Below, one piece after another: positions 59,695-64,000 of a stretch of DNA of 64,000 nucleotides. Every line of letters starts with the position of its first letter. Position 1 is the stretch's first letter. Origin of the DNA: an uncultured delta proteobacterium (GTDB taxonomy: Bacteria; Desulfobacterota; Desulfobacteria; Desulfobacterales; JAFDCJ01); contig CAVYNY010000022.1 of NCBI GenBank assembly GCA_963769935.1, forward strand, positions 544,001-608,000, given 5' to 3'. Below the pieces are notes generated by a model. The model was not told the DNA's origin. It saw nothing but the letters and a program-made list of their open reading frames with translations, and searched no databases. Both the position numbers and the translations under genes were made by a program.

Positions 59695-61116
59695 ATGATA
59701 AGCAAATATCTCTATATAAACACCATCGGCTGCCAGATGAATGTCTATGATTCCGAACAAATTGCATTTCGTCTGGCTGCCTTGGGGTATCAGCAGACAT
59801 CGTCGCTGGAAACGGCTGATCTGGTTATTCTCAACACCTGTACCGTCCGGGCTAAAGCCGAGCAAAAAGCCTTCAGTTTTCTGGGACGACTCGCAAGATT
59901 GAAAAAGAAAAAACCGGGACTTATCGTTGGGGTAGGCGGCTGTGTTGCCCAGCAGGAAGGCGCGAAAATGCTTGCGCGGGTGCCGCACCTCGATCTGGTG
60001 TTCGGGACCCGGACCATCGACCGGCTGCCGGCTTTGGTGCAGAAGATCGAAAACAAACGCTGCCGCATCGTTGATGTGTCGATGTCTGAAATTGCGGATC
60101 CGTCCGATGTCGTTTGCGGCCTGGGGTATGAAAATCAGGTGTCGCACTTTGTAACCATTATGCGGGGCTGCGACAATTTTTGTACGTATTGCGTGGTGCC
60201 CCATGTGAGGGGGCGGGAAACCAGCCGCCATCCCGACGGCATTATAAAAGAAATCAAGGGATTGGTCGGAAACGGCGCAAAAGAAATTACCCTGCTCGGG
60301 CAGAATGTCAACAGTTATGGGAAAAAGGAGGGGCTGTGCAGTTTCCCGGAATTGCTCGCCCGCGTTGAGGCCGTTGAGGGACTTCTGCGAATTCGCTTTA
60401 CCACGTCCCATCCCAAAGATTTCGATCAGGAATTGATCAACGCATTTCAGTCAAGTGAGAAGCTTTGTAATCACTTACACCTGCCGGTTCAATCCGGATC
60501 CAACCGGATGCTGGAGCGAATGAACCGCAAATATACGCGCGAGCTGTACCTTGACAAAGTTGCCAAACTCAGGGATACTTGTTCCGGGATTGCGATTACA
60601 TCCGATATGATTGTCGGTTTTCCGGGCGAAACGGATGCCGATTTTAATGATACACTGGATTTGATGCGAAAAGTGGAATTCGACGGTCTTTTCGCGTTTG
60701 TATATTCCGACCGTCCCAGTGCCCCCGCTGTAAAGTTTAAGGATAAGATTTCAGAACGGCGAAAAAGTGAAAGACTGCAAATTCTTCTGGAGTTGCAGGA
60801 ATCCTTTACAAAAAAGAAAAATCAGGCGCTGGTCGGCTCCGTTCAGCCAATACTGGCCGAAGGTTTCAGCAAAAGACAATCGTCGGGCAATATTGGAGAT
60901 TCACATCAGACTGTCCAGTGGACCGGACGCACGTCCACGAACAAAATCGTTAACTTTTATCAAAATGATAATCCTGGCAGCTGTAACGATATTTTTCCGG
61001 GGAAACTGGTTCATGTCAAGATTGAAAAGGCATACTCCCACTCACTTTGGGGAATACCCGTCGAAATTGAATCTGCAGCCGAAGGCTTGAAAGGAGAAAA
61101 TTGTTATGCTGCATAA
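59695..61116 (+). CDS. miaB: tRNA-i6A37 methylthiotransferase
   Basis: GCQMNVYDSE, NTCTVR, CDNFCTYC radical SAM motif and a TRAM domain. Confidence 0.96.
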   Translation: MISKYLYINTIGCQMNVYDSEQIAFRLAALGYQQTSSLETADLVILNTCTVRAKAEQKAFSFLGRLARLKKKKPGLIVGVGGCVAQQEGAKMLARVPHLDLVFGTRTIDRLPALVQKIENKRCRIVDVSMSEIADPSDVVCGLGYENQVSHFVTIMRGCDNFCTYCVVPHVRGRETSRHPDGIIKEIKGLVGNGAKEITLLGQNVNSYGKKEGLCSFPELLARVEAVEGLLRIRFTTSHPKDFDQELINAFQSSEKLCNHLHLPVQSGSNRMLERMNRKYTRELYLDKVAKLRDTCSGIAITSDMIVGFPGETDADFNDTLDLMRKVEFDGLFAFVYSDRPSAPAVKFKDKISERRKSERLQILLELQESFTKKKNQALVGSVQPILAEGFSKRQSSGNIGDSHQTVQWTGRTSTNKIVNFYQNDNPGSCNDIFPGKLVHVKIEKAYSHSLWGIPVEIESAAEGLKGENCYAA

Positions 61117-61603
61117 AGTAAGCATAGCGGGTCTGACGATGGATCCGGCATCCAATACTCCCATAATAATTCTAAAGTCGGAGGAAAATGATCAGGCCGT
61201 TCCCATCTGGATCGGGCTGCTTGAAGCCACTTCCATCGCTTCGGCCCTGCAAAGCATAAAATATGAACGTCCCATGACGCACGACCTTTTTAAGAACTTC
61301 TCAGATACGTTGCAAATCTCGATTGCGAAAGTCGAGGTCTGCGATTTAAGAGACAACACTTTTTTCGCCAGAATCTATTTTGTTTCCAAAGACAATAATT
61401 TCGATATTGATGCCCGGCCCAGCGATGCAATTGCCCTGGCTTTGCGGTTTGATGCCCCCATTTTCGTTGAGGACTCCGTTATGCAGAAATCGAAAGTCAG
61501 CGAGGGTGAAGGCGAGGCAATGGATACCAGTGAAGAAGGTAAAAAGTGGGCCGACTATCTTGCCAATTTGCCGCCGGATGATTTTGGTAAATATAAAGTG
61601 TAG
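61106..61603 (+). CDS. Bifunctional nuclease family protein (DUF151)
   Basis: PIWIG..EA, RPMTHDL and DARPSDAIALA. Confidence 0.93.
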   Translation: MLHKVSIAGLTMDPASNTPIIILKSEENDQAVPIWIGLLEATSIASALQSIKYERPMTHDLFKNFSDTLQISIAKVEVCDLRDNTFFARIYFVSKDNNFDIDARPSDAIALALRFDAPIFVEDSVMQKSKVSEGEGEAMDTSEEGKKWADYLANLPPDDFGKYKV

Positions 61604-61683
61604 CCGGACGGGATTGCAGTTGGCATACGGCCAAGTGTCGAACGGAACCGGCCGAAAATTATATAAAGTGAGAGAAGCAAATT

Positions 61684-61715
61684 AAGGCGCCTGTAAATTT
61701 GGGGGCGCTTTTTTT
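61684..61715 (+). terminator. Intrinsic terminator
   Basis: AAGGCGCCT...GGGCGCTTTTTTT. Confidence 0.65.
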
Positions 61716-62100
61716 GCTTTTAAAATCCTTAAAAAAATTAGATTTCAAAAGATTTTTGCAGAAAGACAGTTTGTTCATAACTTGTGAAAAACTTCTGATC
61801 TGACTAAAATTCTTACAAAAAATTACCCGCCTCCGATCCATTAATTTGTAATGGTCGACAAAAAATATCAAAATATTTTAATTGATTTCAGATACATATA
61901 AATTGTTCATAACTTTTTTAGCCGGTCAGGAAAAATCCGTCTAATCCGGTTTGACATCCCGCAGCGACTTTTTATAAATAGTGCTCTACATTTTTTTGTT
62001 TTATTGTTCAGAACCCTGCCAGATTCTAAAACAGCCATATTAACAAACCCTGATCCATACCGGTTTAAACTGTGTCGACATTTTCATCAATAAGATTATT

Positions 62101-62147
62101 GCACTATATATTGTAGTTTGGTGATCGGAATCCACAATATGTTGTTG
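62101..62147 (+). promoter_or_regulatory. Tandem NrdR-box-like sites
   Basis: GCACTATATATTGTAG (62101) and CCACAATATGTTGTTG (62132), 31 bp apart. Confidence 0.6.
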
Positions 62148-62225
62148 ACAATGCCCTGAGATTTGGCTATTATTAAACCATCGAACCAATTGAAAAAATT
62201 CCACCAATTCTTTCGGAGACAAGGC

Positions 62226-62597
62226 ATGAGCGCTATTTTGGTTATTGATGATGAAAAAGGAATATTGCAGTTGATTCGCCAGGCGTTAACCCGGTTCGGT
62301 CACCATGTTGAAACAGCCGGGGACGGCAGGGAGGGCATACAGAAATTTGACGATGGAAATTATGACATTGTGATTACCGACATTCGCATGCCTGGTATTG
62401 ATGGCAATGGCGTCGTCGCGCATATACGCAAATCGAACAGGCAATCAATCCCGGTAATCGCTATATCCGGAACCCCGTGGGAGCTGGAAGGTAATAATTT
62501 TGATATGGTATTGCCGAAACCTTTTCCGCTGAACAACCTGGTTGAATCTATACGATCCTTTGTTGCAGTCCCCTCCGAGATGGCTGTCGGAATATAA
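62226..62597 (+). CDS. Single-domain response regulator (receiver only)
   Basis: ILVIDDE, ITDIRMPG, ISG and KPF; GGAG RBS before ATG 62226. Confidence 0.9.
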   Translation: MSAILVIDDEKGILQLIRQALTRFGHHVETAGDGREGIQKFDDGNYDIVITDIRMPGIDGNGVVAHIRKSNRQSIPVIAISGTPWELEGNNFDMVLPKPFPLNNLVESIRSFVAVPSEMAVGI

Positions 62598-62726
62598 AAA
62601 TTTCGGTATCCTTCTTTCAAGAAGAGCCTGCTTCAGACTACCTATTCCAAAGAAAATCCATTTAATTTATTCCAATATGGAAAACCTGGTTCGCTGGGCC
62701 AGAATTCATTACTTTGGCGGATCACT

Positions 62727-63928
62727 CTATTCGTATGTAAAACGGCCGTTTTCGTAGATGGTCACCGCTTCGCCGGACTTTAAGTGGGCCGTGACCCGTT
62801 TTTTTTCGGTGTTGACCAGGTCCCAGTGCAGGGCTGACTCGTTAAAGCCCAGCTTTTGTTTGAGGGCCTGGTTTAGGTTTTTGCCGTCGCCGGTATAGGT
62901 GTTTGAATAAGAGGAACCAAGGGCAATATGGCAATTTCCATACCGGCCTCCGAAGTTTTCATCAAACAACGTGTTGGCCATAAAATGGTTGATCTTGGAA
63001 AACCGCTTGTCGGTCAGGGAAAATTCGCCTACTTTATCCGCGCCCTGGTCCATCTGCAGCTGTTGTTTGACAAATTTCTCACCGCTGTCCGCCGCTATCC
63101 TCACGGTTCTGCCGTTCTCAAACTCAAGTCTGACTCCTTCAACGCGATTGCCGCTTCGATATGAGGGCTGGTCGGCATGATATTTTCCCCGGATTCCGCG
63201 CCAGTCGGGTGAGGTGAAAATTTCAAAACTGGGTATGTTGCGACCCGATATGCCGATCCATTGCCTCATTTCTCCGGGCGTCACTTCCAGATCGATATTT
63301 TCGGATTCGACATGCAAGAATTTAACTCGCATGCGGTTCAGCCATTTTTTGATGGATTGGGCGATCCTATGGATACGCTGCCATTCAGAGACCGGATCGG
63401 CTTTGTTCAGGAAACAGGCCCGGCAGACCTGCCGGGTATATTCCTCAAGGCTGGTGCCGGCCTGGGCGGCCAATTCGGGAGTGGGAAACGCACAGAGGGT
63501 CCAGCTGAAGCCGCCCCGGGCCTCGTGCCGGTTGAGTATGTCGCGCAAATCATGCTGGGCCACGGTGGCCCTTCCGATTTTTTTAGGGTCAATATCGCTC
63601 AGGTGCGTGAGGGATTCCGGTGCATAGAGATGGATGCTTCCATTCAATCCCGACATCAGCTCTTTTTCCCCGGGTGGTGAAAAAACCAGCTGATGGTTGG
63701 AAGAGCGCAGGTAAAAGGCCCGCTCCATCGCGGCGGTAGGACTCATGCGCTGGACGGGGTTCAGCCCCCTGGCCAGCATAGCGGCAAAAAGGATTTCAGC
63801 CAATTGAACGGCAGGTCGATGATAGCGAATAAGTATAATATCTTTTTTTTAAATGGTGCCTTTTTAGCGGTGGTCAGTCCCCACCACAGTACGTCGGCAT
63901 ATCGTTCCAGCTGTTTGATGGTGAACAT
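62727..63928 (-). CDS. M29 (thermophilic/AmpS-type) aminopeptidase, frameshifted at the A8 run near 63843-63850
   Basis: NIPSFEIFTSP, GEFSL, LFDEN, HIALG and SALHWD; AAGGAG RBS and the MFTIKQLERYA start lie in the adjacent frame. Confidence 0.85.
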
Positions 63929-64000
63929 GGCGTTGCTCCTTTTTTCAATCACCATGGTCGTCCTTGAGAAAGGCACTATGATACTCCGCCTCCTCCAGAT

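Overview
Bacterial chromosomal window, by gene content most like a sulfate-reducer-type Desulfobacterota (Desulfobacterales-like; inferred, not searched). About 8.5-64 kb is mostly housekeeping: secG/tpiA/gap, the rpoN-hpf-ptsN-rapZ cluster, kdsAC/lptC, recA-alaS, peptidoglycan recycling (MurU-AmgK fusion, NamZ), plsB, a 2-oxoacid:ferredoxin oxidoreductase operon, hisC-cmk-rpsA, guaB, dnaE, recJ and miaB. The first 8.5 kb is accessory. It holds an L,D-transpeptidase / Lpp-like lipoprotein / DpaA-like trio and decayed island cargo next to tRNA-Leu(GAG), including a 1.85-kb integrase-less mini-island with an intact att repeat and hicBA. The most unusual signals are non-coding: (i) most intergenic spacers are filled with stacked, often inverted arrays of degenerate 7-, 8- and 9-nt repeats that recur in a similar order; (ii) a 156-bp MITE in two full copies and one partial copy; (iii) an AT-rich region with DnaA-box-like motifs and tandem NrdR-box-like motifs upstream of a lone receiver-domain gene. 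Several genes carry frameshifts, some in homopolymers, that may be assembly errors. All calls come from motif recognition by eye; no searches were run.
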